Positions 1-12,804 of a stretch of DNA of 64,000 nucleotides are shown one piece after another (within the stretch, counting starts at the first letter, position 1; the number at the start of each line of letters is the position of its first letter). The notes under the pieces were generated by a model. The model was not told the origin of the DNA, searched no databases, and was given only the letters and a program-made list of their open reading frames with translations. Source of the stretch: Vitrella brassicaformis CCMP3155. Lineage: Eukaryota > Protista > Chromerida. A program made the translations under genes and the position numbers. Location of the stretch: NCBI GenBank assembly GCA_001179505.1, contig CDMY01000510.1, positions 248,001-312,000 of the forward strand, given 5' to 3'.

Positions 1-3000
1 CGGTGGAGTGGCTGGGCGTTGATGCGGTCTGGTGGGATCTGCCCATTGAGGCGATGCGTGTGTTGGCCGCGTGGCTGGAGAGGGGGCAGAGGGACCTGGC
101 CACCGGACTGATGTGCTTCATCATGCAGCTGCGACTCGGGGGTACATGTCAACGACAGGCACACGTGGCTGGTTGGCATGGCTGTCTTTCTGTGCTCGTT
201 GGTGTGTGGCTTGCAGGTGTGTGTCTGCCACCTCATGGTGTGCTTCTGAATGCACTTGACGCCTTCCTCCCCTCCACTCTGTTCGACGGCTCTCTCGGGA
301 GCAACTCCGGCGACGAGAGGTCGGTGACAGTGGTGTTTGAGATAGCTGACAGGCGGCCAGCCGTTTACTCGATCGCCACCGATGGCCTTAAAGCTGCTCA
401 CTCACAACGGGTGGGCCAAGCACGGGTCTCAATTCTGCGCAAATGGTGGTGTGTGTGTTTGTGCATTGCAGCCGTTCACGTGTCGGCATGAGAGCACCCG
501 ACTGTGTGTGTCGGACTGCCCGTCTTTCATACCTGCCAACTCCACATTCGGCAAACAGGTGTGTTAGTGGAGGGTGGCGGCATGATTAGGCAGGCAACAA
601 ACACACACCACATCTGTGTGGTGCGTGGCTCTTGTCGTGTCAGGTGCTGGACCTGATTGTGTCCCACAGCGAGATGGCGTCGACAGTCGTGGACTCTCAG
701 TACATATCATTCTTTGGTAAATAGAACGAACGAACCAACAAGAGAGCGAGAAGCGGTCACAGCTGTTCCATGACCTGTCTTGACCTCTCAGATTTGATCC
801 ACACGGTGGCGTACGACGCCTATCTGCAGACGAGGCGACGCACGGGCGACGGCGGCCTCAATGGCGAGCTGGTGGTCGGCATGCCGCCGTCCGTTATCAT
901 GGAAGACATATTCCCGGACTTCCATGGCTTCGAGGTCGGTCAGTCACACATCAAAGAATAACCCGAGCAGCCCAAAATGGTGTCCTGGGCCTGTGGGGTG
1001 GGTGCAGCGGTCCATGCGGGCCACCTTCTTCAGCCAGTCCTTCCACAGCCAGCTGTACCGTGCCCGCGAGACCTACGAAGCCTCCGACTGGGCCCTCGCC
1101 ACGACCGCCAAGCTATGGCTGCCCCTCCCCCCTCACCTCACCCGCACCCCAATGCCGCGATCGGTCATCGACCTGGCCCTCACACACTTCCAGCTGGGCC
1201 ACGCGCCACACCCCTATGGCACCATGAGGGGGCTTGCTGACGGCGAGGGAGACGAAGGGCCGGGCTACCGGCTGGTGACGCACATGCGGCCCTTTCTGCC
1301 GTTCTTTCGGTCGCCAGCGTACAAGACGGAGCACTACAGCAGCTGGCTGCCGGGCGTCTTGGGCGGGGCGAGGGACTTCCGTGCTGTGCGCGTCACGCAG
1401 AAGGCCTCGGCCCGTGATGAAGAGGGCGGCACTTTCCGAGTACAGGTGAAATGACTGAATCCGAGCCAGACAGATATGTTGCCTGCGTTGCCTTATGTGT
1501 GTGTCATGGTGCGTTTGTGTTTGGTCAGATTCGCTCCTGTGTGCCACTTAGAATGGGCTGCCGCGCCTCTCAGTCACCATTTGCCGAGTCGGCCACCAGT
1601 GAAGACGGGCCGTCGATGCGAGTGCGAGTGGGGTGGCATGCTGCCGAACAGAAGGAGTGCGAGAGGGGTCTGCAGCAGCCACTTGGTGGTCGAGCTGCCG
1701 GCGGTCGCGAGGACATCCTCTCCCGCCCGTCTGTGTGCCCCCATCTAGTCTTCGACCTTGAAGGCACCGAGGCGTCCACCAATGGGGCCATGAGCATGCT
1801 ATACTTCACACCTGTGGGCCGGCCATCTCCCCCCTCACCGCCGAACAACCAGCCACCCCACTGCATCAACACCACCCTGTCAGGCGACACCGTCAAGCGC
1901 GACCCTTGTCCAGTCACCGTCGTCACTGAGGTGCCGGCGCAGCCATCGCTATCTCTCACTGATGTGGCCGATGGCCGCCTGGCGGCCAAGGGCAATGGGA
2001 CCGTCTTGGCTGGCGACGACGGGCTGCTGCAATGCGAGATCGACTGGACGTGTATGCGTGTGGGCGTCAACCCCGCCATATTTGGGTGGGTCAATGTGAC
2101 CCTGGCTCTTCTGACGCGAGGAAAGGGAGGGAAGGCGCCTGTGGTGTGGCGAGGGATGAGCCGTGTGCTGCTGGTGGATGTCGAGGACGTTGTGACGGTG
2201 GTGGCGCACTCAGGAGGTCGCTGCTGGATACTCGACAGGTACTGTACGTGCGTCGGATTGCGTGTCTCTTGTGTTCGTTCGTTCATTCGTTCATGTCACC
2301 CTGTGGTCTGTGTGTGCAGGATGGCTCGATCCATCCGTCTGCTGTATCCTCGTATGCCGATTGTGGTCACTTGTGAGAGAGAAGGAGACCTGCAGCAGGC
2401 CCAGGCAGATGATGGTCCTGAAGGTGGTCTGATAACGAAGTCGGCCCACAGCAGCATCCCCAACATGACGGTGCTGTCGGTGCCCTTCGACTACGGCCTC
2501 GCCCGCGCCAAGAACCTGCTGGTCAGCCTCATCACCACCGAGTTCACCCTGGTGCTCGACGACGACTTCGTGACGTCGCCCCACACGTGTGTCGAGTGCA
2601 TGCTTGAAAAGATGACCAACCAGCTGCACCTGGGGCACCCATTCGACATCGTACGCCCCGCCGCCTCATCGCCCTGCAAACAAACCGACACTGCACAAGA
2701 CAGACAGCACCTCATGCAGTCAGCTGGGCGTCTGTGTGCTTCTGTCTGTGTGCTGTGTGTGTGCAGGTTGGCTTCCCCATTCGCGAGGACGAGGAGGATT
2801 TCGGTGCGTTCCGCGGCCTGCTCAAGGTTGGCCAGGGCGCCGTGTACATGGAGGCCGGTGCCTGGGCGTCGTACGCGGACGGCTGCCAACGAGTTGACCT
2901 GGTGCCAATGGTGTTCCTCGCGCGCACGCTGCGGCTCCGTGAGGTGCCGCTGCAGGAGGACCTCAAGCTTGGGGAACATGAGAAATTCTTCTACATGGCC

Positions 3001-4349
3001 AAGCGCAAGGGCCTGCAGGTGGGGAATAGAATGTAGCCACTGTCGAATGCGACAGCGTGTTAGTCGATCTGTGTCTTTGTGTGTGTGTGTGCGTATTGGT
3101 GTTGGCGGATGGTGTTCAGGTTGGTGTGTGTTTCGACTCTTCCTTGACGCACCTTCGCCTCAGTCCCGATGAGATGACTACACGCTACGCCAACAGGAGG
3201 GAACGATCCGGAAAGTACATGAGGTCAGTCTGAGTGACACACAATGGCCAGCCAGCCATAATGCGACGCCCTTACCCTCACTCAATGGACGTGATGTGCT
3301 CCCCTCCCCTCCCCAGGGAGGCCTTGACGGAGTTCTCCGTCACCCGTCTAGCCCACTTCATGCGGCAGTACGCCCCCTCGTCCTCGCCAATGGACCACGC
3401 CATGCTCATATCCGACGCCATCCCACCATGGACCGTCGGCAACCACAACCACCACTGCCAACAAACGGCCTTCTTACTGCCGCCGCCACACGGCTTCTCC
3501 CTGCTGCTGCTCGTCATCGTCATGACAACACCAGACAGGCGCGGGCGTGACGCCAGGGATGCGCTGAGGCGGCGAGGCTCGTGGCTGCGGGCCCTTAGTG
3601 GTGTGCCGGACAACGGCATTTCTGCGTACTTTGCGATGCCGGCGCCAGCTTCAGGCAACCATTGTGCTGACGGCCTGTCTGAGGGTTGGCGTGAGGTGGT
3701 TGGTGAGTATGAGGAGCATGGTGATATGGTGTGGGTGACACTGCCGCCGACGATGGCCGAGCCCTTGTCGCATCTGGACAGGGTGCCTCCCGGAGAGATG
3801 AGGCGGGCGAACATGGCTTCACAAGACGACCCAGACCAGTACAAGCTGTTCCTGAACGAGCCAATGATGAGGGGCCCACTGCATGGCCATGGCGTGGCGG
3901 CCAACTGCACTGGCTGCACCAACGAGAAGACACCCTGGACGTCTCAGCTTTATCTCTCTGTTTTGGAGAGTTTCCGGGCGATGGACAGCAACTGGGTGAT
4001 GGTGGTGCGGGACGACGTGTTTGTGGATCTGAAGCTCTTCACCGACCTGATGGGCGACAAGGCCATGCCCTACTGGACAGTCGTCGCACCCCCTGCCGAC
4101 AAAGGCGCCCCGGCGCCTCGTGGTGCTCGAACAGCTGTGTTGAAGCCCGTTGGGTTGAGGATTGATGTGTCGATGGTGCTCTATCGGCGAGAGCTGTATC
4201 TGCTGCTGACGAGCCGGCCGTTGGTGGACTCGTTGAGGCATGATGATGGCGGCAGTTTGGAGGGCTCGGTCAATCGGTGGCTGGACGCGCTGAATGTGTA
4301 CTGGACGCCGCTGCCGTCGTTCCATGTCGGCCGACCGACAGATGGATGA
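1..4349 (+). CDS. Multi-exon, 5'-truncated glycosyltransferase: GT-A domain similar to beta-1,4-GalNAc-transferase (B4GALNT1/GT12-GT2 type) followed by a GT31 (beta-1,3-galactosyltransferase)-like domain
   Basis: The spliced exons read VVTVVAHSGGRCWILDR|MARSIRLLYPRMPIVV, YGLARAKNLLVSLITTEFTLVLDDDF (DxD motif ~2553-2570) and VDLVPMVFLARTLRLREVPLQEDLKLGEHEKFF, which follow the B4GALNT1 motif order. The last exon has LLLLVIVMTTPDRRGRDARDALRR..W, EYEEHGDM and WVMVVRDDVFVDL, which are GT31-like. GT-AG introns join the segments. The stop codon is at 4347-4349. Confidence 0.7.
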
Positions 4350-5122
4350 TATGTATATGCATGTCAGTCAGTCATGTGATGTGGACAGCTGTGTGTGCAT
4401 ACTTACTGGGTAGGTGGGTTGTGCATAGGTAAAAGATCTGATAGACTTCAGATTGGTTCATGCCATGGTTTCAGTCAGTCGACTGCTGTCTGTCGTCCTC
4501 TCACATCCATCCATGTCTGTCTGCTTCCCTCCCTCCCTCCCTGGCTGACATGCCATGCACCCAGAACAACACGCAACGCACACTGCCACACACATGGATG
4601 GAAACACAGCTGGAGAGACACGCACCCCACACTAGCTACCCCACACTAGCTACGTGTCGGTTCGCTCAGCCACTGCCGGCCAAGGGCAGGACCAAGAAAG
4701 CCAGCCAAGAGCGAGGAGGGGCGCAGGAGGGCGGAAACGAGACAGGCACGAAAGACAGACAGACGGCAAACAGTTGAGGGCGTCGGTCAGTGTGGTGTAC
4801 CAGGCAGGCTAGGCGGCCGTCGTGGGCTGTTTGTCTGTGTGTGCGCTTGTGGGGTGTCGCTGTGCCGCTGCAAGAGGGGCTTACACGTGTGTGGTGGACG
4901 GCCATCGTTGCCTGCATTATATATATATTTCGTGGGCCGTTTTGCAGTTGTCTGTCGTGTCTCGACCTCTTGTCTTGATCCACGTGGATCATGCGATCCA
5001 TCTTTCCGTATATAGAATCAGAACGGTCTTCCTTCAAGCAGTGCCACCCATTCATGCACCTATGTATGTACACGACTCGCACACCAGCCAGCCAGGCAGC
5101 ATGAAGGCCCCCGATCGATCTT

Positions 5123-6902
5123 CTAGCTCTTCTTGTGCTGGGCCTTCCGCCTGGCCTGCGCGTCGGCGATTTTTGCCTGCAGGCTTTTCTGCGCCTCACG
5201 CCGCCGCCAATCGTTCTTGCCGAACGACTCGTTCACGCACCCACCGCCCCTCGACTCGGCCGTCTGCTCCTTCCTGCAGACACAATGGACACGCACACAC
5301 ACACACACACACAGTGTGGGTGTGGGTCGGTACATGTGAGTGCTCACTAGACATACCTGAATGATTGTTTGGCCTGCCGGGATGCCTCATCGCCGCAGCC
5401 ATGGGCCTCAGCGATTGCGTGTGAGATGCAGAAACGACGGCGGCAATACGAGCAGGTCTGCAGCAAAGAAAGAGACAGAAAGGCAGCTGTCCGTGAGGTG
5501 GGTCACTGCGCTGTGGTGTGGTCAAGACCGACCGTGCCGATGAGTTTTGTGGACTGGCTGCATGACGGCAGCGCGCAGATCCAGTCCTGCCGGCTCGACG
5601 CCGCCAACATCTCATCAAGCGCTGCACGAACGACACACAAACATAGGCGCACAGACACTGGTCGCTTCGTCTTGCCCCACCTCACCTTCATCGGACACCT
5701 TGTTGTCGGCGTTTGTCGGCCGTTCATCAGCGGGTGTCTTCTTCTTGTTCTTGCGCTGCTGCCGCCGCCTCGATGACAACGAGCCGGCCGTTGGACCTGG
5801 ACCACCACTGGCGACATCTGGTATGTGACTCACTTCCTCGTCAGCTGCATCTTCTGCGGCAGCAGGCGATGACGCTGTCGATGGTGGGCCGTCGGTAGCT
5901 GGAGCCGGCGGCTCGGTCGGTGGCTGAGCTGGTGCCGCTGATGGCTGTGGTGTTGATGGCCTGTCACGGGACATGACACAGATGAAACGGTCGTCGCCTT
6001 CACCCTGATGACACACACAGGCAGACAGGTGGATGAGTGCATGTGCCAACGTTGTTTGCAGTGGTGCTGCCACCGACCTTGGACTCGTGACGGAGGCCAA
6101 GCGATTCCGCCAACCTGATGGTAGCCGCGGCAGTGACCTGGTGTGTCTGGTCTGGGTGTGTATGTGTGTGGTTCATTTCCTCACTCGTGCACGAGTCGAC
6201 GCTGATACGACGACAAGGACGCAGGAAAGGAATACTCGCCCTTCCTGAACCGAACCGAACCAACACAACGACACGGATGAGATGAGCTATCGGCGCGTGC
6301 TGTGCCCTCCCTCCCTCCCTCCCTCCCTTTTGTTGATAAATTTCCCACTGACCGGCGCTTGACGTCCTCGAGGATGCGACGAAGCCGCGCCTCCTCCGCA
6401 TTCACCTCACCTGCACAAATCAAATCCGACCAAACATACCTGACTTGACTTAGATAGAACCGACCCACCACCCACGACACGGTCGTACCATTCTCTTCAT
6501 CCCTCGGTTCTGGTGGGCCCACAGCCGCGGCCGGCTTCTCGGGTGCCTTGCCAGCTGGCGGCTGGGCCGGTGGCACCGGCCGCCTTCTTGCCTCGGGCGG
6601 CCTGTCGCTGCGAGATGGCTGAGAGGCGGACGTCTGTGCGGCTCTCTTGGGCGGCGCAGACGGGCCCGCCGCAGCCTGCTGTGGGATATCCTCTTCGTTG
6701 ACGAACTCACAGGCGTAGCGGACCTTGACGGGAGAGAGACGGTATATAAGTGAAAGAGAATGGATTGTTTGCGGGTCAGTCAGGCGGCGTAGGCCGCCTC
6801 GCTCAGCTCACCAGCCCGTTGTTCTGTGCGAAGGTGTAGAGTGAGAAGAGGATGGGGTCGCCCTCGAGGGTGGCAGAGTCGCCAACAATCACCAACTGCC
6901 TG

Positions 6903-6933
<31 letters not shown>

Positions 6934-9900
6934 CCAGCAACACAGCGTCAAGTGTGCCATCCGTCCAGACATCGGTGTGTCCGCTGTGGTTATGTTATCC
7001 ACCGCTTTGCACGGGTGACGGCGACATTGAGCCGCCGATGGTCCGAAAGAAACCCTGCACAGGCGACAGGCAGACCATGGCAATGACATCCTGACTTCTC
7101 GACGGGGCCATACGTGTGTGTGGGTCACGTCACCTACCGACAGCCTTGTGTATGTTGGACCGGACGAGGGAGATGATGACCACCTCCTCCTCGCGACCCT
7201 TATGGATACACACCACACGCACCGCAGGGAGAGAAAGGCATATCAACACCACGCACATCACATCGACAGACAGTGTAGTAGTGTACCTGGAACGAGTCGA
7301 CGGTGGCGATGGGGATACCACTGAGGCTCTCATTCTGCAAACACGAGCAGCAATATCATGTGCACGTCTTCCCATCTCGCCCCCTCCCCCCGCCCCGCAC
7401 CTCAGCGGCCATGCTCCTGAGCAGCTCCACCTGCCGATTGTAGGGCGTGATGATGTTGATCTTGCCGGCGTCGAGCCCCTGCTCGACCACCAGGTGTGTG
7501 GCGTACCGCATCACCACCTCAGCCTCGCCCCGGTTGCTCCGCGACGAGCGGTCCCTCCCACCGCTGGTGGCCGTGTGGTCGTCCTCCCGCATGTATGGCA
7601 GGCCGCCGGCGTCGATCCACACCATCGGGCTAACGGCATCCTCGTCGACCTGGGACACAGATGGATGGATGGCATAGTGTGTGTGGGTGTGGGTGGGTGG
7701 GGGGTGACGTACGTGTGGGATGAGGTCTTGTATGGTGTGGTGCTCGACAGACTGGTCCGCCTTGAGCTTGCCGTCGTAGAAGGTCTCAGACGACCACTCC
7801 ATTATCACGTGACTCATCCTGCACACATCCACACATCCACACATCCACACATCCATGGGGTGGGGCATGGCGTGTGCCGTGGCCGATTAAATGCATGCTG
7901 CACTGCACCATGCATCTCTCGTGTTAACTTACCTGTATTGAACGTCCAGTAGGGACGACACCTGGTCGCCCCACATGCGCTGCAGCCGCTGGAAGAGCGT
8001 GACGTCCAGCCCAGATCGCTGGGCCTCCTTGCTCTTGATCGTCGGGGCAAGCTGCTTGTGGTCGCCTGACACACACACGCACACGTCACGAATGACATCA
8101 ATCCATCATGACAGGGATGGATTGACACATCCGACCTCCCTCCCTCCCTCCCATGCTCACCGGCGAGTATGGCCTTCCGTCCCAGCAGCAGGGGGATCCA
8201 GCAGCCCACCTCCAGTGCCTGCGCGGCTTCGTCGATGCAGACGACATCGAAGGGCCTCGGGCCGCCATCCTCCCTGGAGGTGGCGAACTTGCGCAAGGCA
8301 AAATCGTCGGCGCCGGTGCAAGTGGCGAAGACAACTGACACACGGACAGACACAGACACACAGAGATGAATAAAGAGGGACAGCACAGCATCAGCACCCC
8401 TCCCCTTCCCTCTCTCGTGCCGCCCACCTTGCGATTTGCCGAGCACCTCCGACACGGCCCGTCTTTCCCGCTGCCGCAGCTCTTTGCGCAGCTCCTTGAG
8501 CTCGCCGTACAGGCGCCTCCTCTCCTCCCTCCCGCCCGCCTTGCCCCTGTTCAGCTGCCGCAGATGGCCGTCCATCTCCTTCCTGATGTCGCTACAGAGC
8601 TCGGCCGCCTCGCTGGCCCGCACCAGGCTGTCGAGGCAGTAGGGGAGGAGGGTGGCCTGGATGCGGGAGGGGTGGCCCAGACGGACCACAAGCTTCAGAC
8701 CGATACTGATGCAACGCTCTGAGTGAGTGACAGGAGGAAGGAGGGGAGATAATGGGTGGGGGGTCTGGTGCGGTGTGGTGATGCATACCAACAGGCACAC
8801 GCACCTAGGAGGTTGTCAACGGCGACGTTTGATGGCGCGCAGACGAGCACTCGCCGGTTGCGGACCACCAGCTGACGAATCACCTCCACCATGGTGGTCC
8901 TGACAAGACAAGCAGAGAAGAAACACAGACATCCAATTCGTCTGTCAGTCAGTCGGCTCTTGTGTCCTACCCTCTGCTTGCTTACGTCTTGCCCGTGCCC
9001 GGCGGCCCGTGGATGCAGGCCACATCGACGGCGCGAATGGCATGGACGACCGCCCTCCGCTGGGAGTCGTTGAGCTGCACCTTGAAGGGCGTCCCGTCAC
9101 ACGTGGAGATGGATCCATCGCAACAATCATCGTCAGCTGGCCCATCCTGCCTCTCCGCGCTTGGCCGTGACGGCCGCTTGTTGAATCGCGGAGGAGTGGT
9201 GCCGAAACAAACGTCCAGAAGGGCAGACGCTGGGCCGTCTCTGAGCGCACTCAAACACACAGCACAGCACAAGTGTGACAACCAAGAGAATGCCTTGATT
9301 GATAAGTAAGGCCAGTAAGTATGCCTTGCCCACATGCACACCCCACGTACCGGTATGACGTCAGCGCGTTGAGTGCCGCCCGGTATCTCCTCAGCGTCAC
9401 ATCGCTGGCCCAGAGCGCCAGATGCACCGGCGGCACAAGCGCTTGCACGTCGCAATCTGTGTCGTCGTCGAACACCACCGATATGCCGGTGCTCTTGACG
9501 CGATGCACCACCCCCGTCAAGGCCGGCTGCGACGACAGCGGATGCTGGGAGTCGAAGAGGCCGACGATGTCGCCCGACGAGAGGCGGTGAGAGGGCAGGG
9601 CGGGGGGCGGCTGCTGGAATGAGTGCTTCTGGAAGGTGGCGACGGTGCGGCCGTAAAGTCCGGTCGTCACATCAGCTGCTTCCACCTGCAGCAAGCCAAT
9701 CCGCCAGACACAGACACAAGGCGATGAGTGGATAAGAGAGAGGTCAGATCTGCATTTTGTCCGACTGCCTCGGATCTGGAGCGCACCTTGAGTATGGCGA
9801 TGCCTGCCTCCTCCAGCTCAGTTGGCGTGCACTCCGCCAGCAGTGCGGTGGTCTCCTCGACCTCTGCCGCATGCTCTAAGGACAGCAGCTCACTGGTCTT

Positions 9901-9966
9901 CTCGACGAACGCCTCACGAGATTCAACCAAATTGGATCCACTTACTGCAGACGCAGTGCTCGTCAT
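5123..9966 (-). CDS. IGHMBP2: SMUBP-2/IGHMBP2-like SF1 (Upf1-like) helicase with R3H domain and AN1 zinc finger; multi-exon
   Basis: Helicase motifs in order: IHGPPGTGKT (Walker A), VLVCAPSNVAVDNLL, VRLGHPSR, FDVVCIDEAAQALE, DHKQLAPTIKS, VQYRM, NRGEAEVV, IITPYNRQV, TVDSFQGREEEVVIISLVRSN and RRLNVAVTRAKR. R3H: FPASLSSYQRRLVHE..AESLGLRHES. AN1 finger: CALPSC..TCSYCRRRFCISHAIAEAHGC. Confidence 0.93.
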
Positions 9967-10447
9967 GCTGCACGAGCAGTTTCACGCAATCCTGCATGTG
10001 CGAGCCCTTCTGCTTCAAGCTCGCACTCGTGAGCGACGTGAGATTAGCCGGATTGTTGGTTTGTGGAGCTCACAGCATCGTGAGCAAGTTTGCCTCTGCT
10101 AAGCCGGCTAGCGGCCACGCTGATTGGCGACGGTCCAAGCCTGAGGTCCACCCACCTGAGGTCCAAGAGGGCAGCTCATTCAGCAGTGTCAGCACGCCGC
10201 CATCCCTTACCCACTCAGTCAGTGGAGCTCGTCCCTGCAGCCCCGCTGACTGCGCCTTCCACGGTCTGTCGTCGTTTTGTCGGCACCCAGCCACCGCAGC
10301 GGAGCCAACCTGAGCGCTCACCTGAAGCGAGTGCTGGGGTCGCTGCGCTCGCATCCCTACGGCCGCCCGCCCCACAGCAGCCCCGCCCACCTCCCCGAGA
10401 CGGGCAGTGAGCCCTCCAGCGGCCAGCCTGCCGGTGCCGGTGGCAAC

Positions 10448-11683
10448 ATGGTCTCGGCAGGCGACTTCGTGCCCACGGCGTCGCGGGACAAGACGGCGGC
10501 TGCTGGGAGTAGTGGGTCTGACCGGCAGGGGAACACCCGTAAGGACACGGTGAGCAAGACGTTGGAGCTGTTGGAGTGTTCGGTGTGCTGCGAGTCGATG
10601 ATCCCGCCCATCTACCAGTGTAAGGAGGGCCACACCATCTGCCAGGACTGCCGCCTTCGGGTCAAGCAGTGCCCGGTCTGCCGGAGCGAGACGCTAGACA
10701 TCCGCTGCAGGGCACTCGAGAGGCTCGCCGAATCGCTAGATGAGGTACGGCGGTACGGTGGTGCCGAGAACGGCACAGCACACACACACACACACACACA
10801 TGCATTCCCTTCACGGCCGGTGTGTGTGTGTGAATTGGTGTGTTGATGTGTGTGTGTGTGTGTGTGTGTCATCAGATCAATTGCAAGTACTCGTGTTACG
10901 GTTGCCGCGTGACGGTCAAGTATGCGACGAAGAAGGACCACGAGCAGAAGTGCGCCTTCCGCCCCTTCCCCTGCCTGCACGTCTGCCAGGGCTGCTCCTT
11001 CGAGGGCAGCTCCAACGAGCTCGTGCGGCACCTGGTCGAGGAACACGGCTACACCCAGCACGAGACCCATCGCATCAGCTTCATTTGCAGCAAAGCCAAC
11101 GTCACCGTCCACCCGGGCAGCGCTGGTACAGTGAGTGGACACAAGTGGGGCGGATACCAGGGCAGGGATGGATCAGAGTGTGTGTTGTGTTGTGTTGTGT
11201 ATTTGCGGTGTGTTTAGGTGAGGAGGCGGAGCACTACGTGTGGCAGAAGAGCATCTACTCGTGCTACGACAAGCACTTCGTGCTGCGCATCCACCGCAAG
11301 GTCGACGTCGACCCCCAATTCTACATCAGCGTCGCCGTACTCCACTCCAGACACCACTCCAACCGATACTCCATCGCCACCTCGGGCAACCACCGCAAAT
11401 ACACATTCGAAGGTCAGTCAGGTCGCTAGTGGTGGACCCACCCCCACACACACACACACGCGTGGATTGTGTAATGTGTGTGTGGTTGTGTTGTTTCTGT
11501 CTGTGTGTGTGTGTGTCAGGCCCGGTGTGGTCGATTCGCAAGGGTTTCAAGGAGATCGAGCGTGTGCGCGACTGCCTGATCCTGCCTGAGAACATCGCCC
11601 TGTTCCTGTCGGGCGGCAAGGGCTCCGAGAACGACCTCGGCATCATCAACCTCAACGTCACGGGAGAGATACTCCCACAGTGA
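10448..11683 (+). CDS. SINA/SIAH-family E3 ubiquitin ligase (RING, SIAH zinc fingers, substrate-binding domain); multi-exon
   Basis: RING: LLECSVCCESMIPPIYQCKEGHTICQDC..CPVCRSETLDIRCRALERLAE. Zinc fingers: CKYSCYGC..HEQKCAFRPFPC..C..LVRHLVEEH. C-terminus DCLILPENIALF. The frame is open upstream of the ATG at 10448, so the start is uncertain. Confidence 0.88.
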
Positions 11684-12804
11684 CTGACACGCCGACAGAC
11701 AGACCCACCGACAGACCCCCACCACCACCTAGCACAGCGAGGGAGGAGGAGGGCGGGGCCGAGTTGGTGTGGTGTAGCATAATAGATAGCGGTTGCTTTT
11801 CGTTTGTCGTCTATTCCTCGGTCAGTCCTGCCTGCCTACTGCCTGCCTGCCTCCCTGGATGTCTGCCTGGTGTGTCCACAAAGGCCATCGTGGCTGCAGA
11901 AAGACCTGCTGGTACACCTTCCAAGCAGGTCTTGCTCCAGCTGCAATGACCTTCGTGAACGCTTCAGGGCTTCCTTGTGCGTGGGCAGATGATATGGCGT
12001 GGCGGGCGGGGGCGGCGGGCGGGCTAGATGGCTGACAGTGTGTGTATGATGCATCCACACCCGGGCAGCCACATGACCAATTGATTTTTGCCCCCCGCTG
12101 GCCGCACTCACCCATGTGTGTGCTTTGCACCCCACTGATCGAAACACCCCTACCCTGTCCACCAACACCCACCCCTCCCTCCTACTCTCTCCCTCTCCCT
12201 CTCCCTGGCTGACAGACAGACATGCAGGCAGCCTGGCAGGCAGGCGTGTCTTTTGTTTCTTTTGAGATGCGGCACCCCACTCATTTGCCGTTGTGTGCGT
12301 GAGAATGAATCAATGAATGACGGATGGCTGACATTTTTTCGGCACCTCATTTTCTTTTCTGCATCCCTTGACTGCCTGTCTGTCTGATTCCCTGCCTGGC
12401 TGGCTGTGTGGCTGGATGTGTGGATGTATCATGCCGACTTAACTAACTTAATCAGTCAGTGGCCGCAACCCACCACATTCGGCTCGTGCTGTGCACCCAC
12501 AGCCGGGCAGGCTGCAGCCATTGGTTTGCCCCCGTGGGTGCGCGGCTGGGGCGTTGTGTGGTGTGTTGCGGTGGTGGTGTGTAAGTGTGTGAGAGGAGAG
12601 AGAGGGTGGCGGTGGCGGTGGCTGACTGTGCAGACGATGTGTGGATGTTTGTATGCGTACATCAGAGAGTGGTCTGTTGTGCGTGGCGGGGGGGTCTGCT
12701 ACATCTTATCGGTCAACAGATCGACTGAATCAACGTGAAGGATGTTTCAGTCATTTTCTTACACACACACACACACACACACAACGCCCACCAAGCCAGC
12801 TCAG

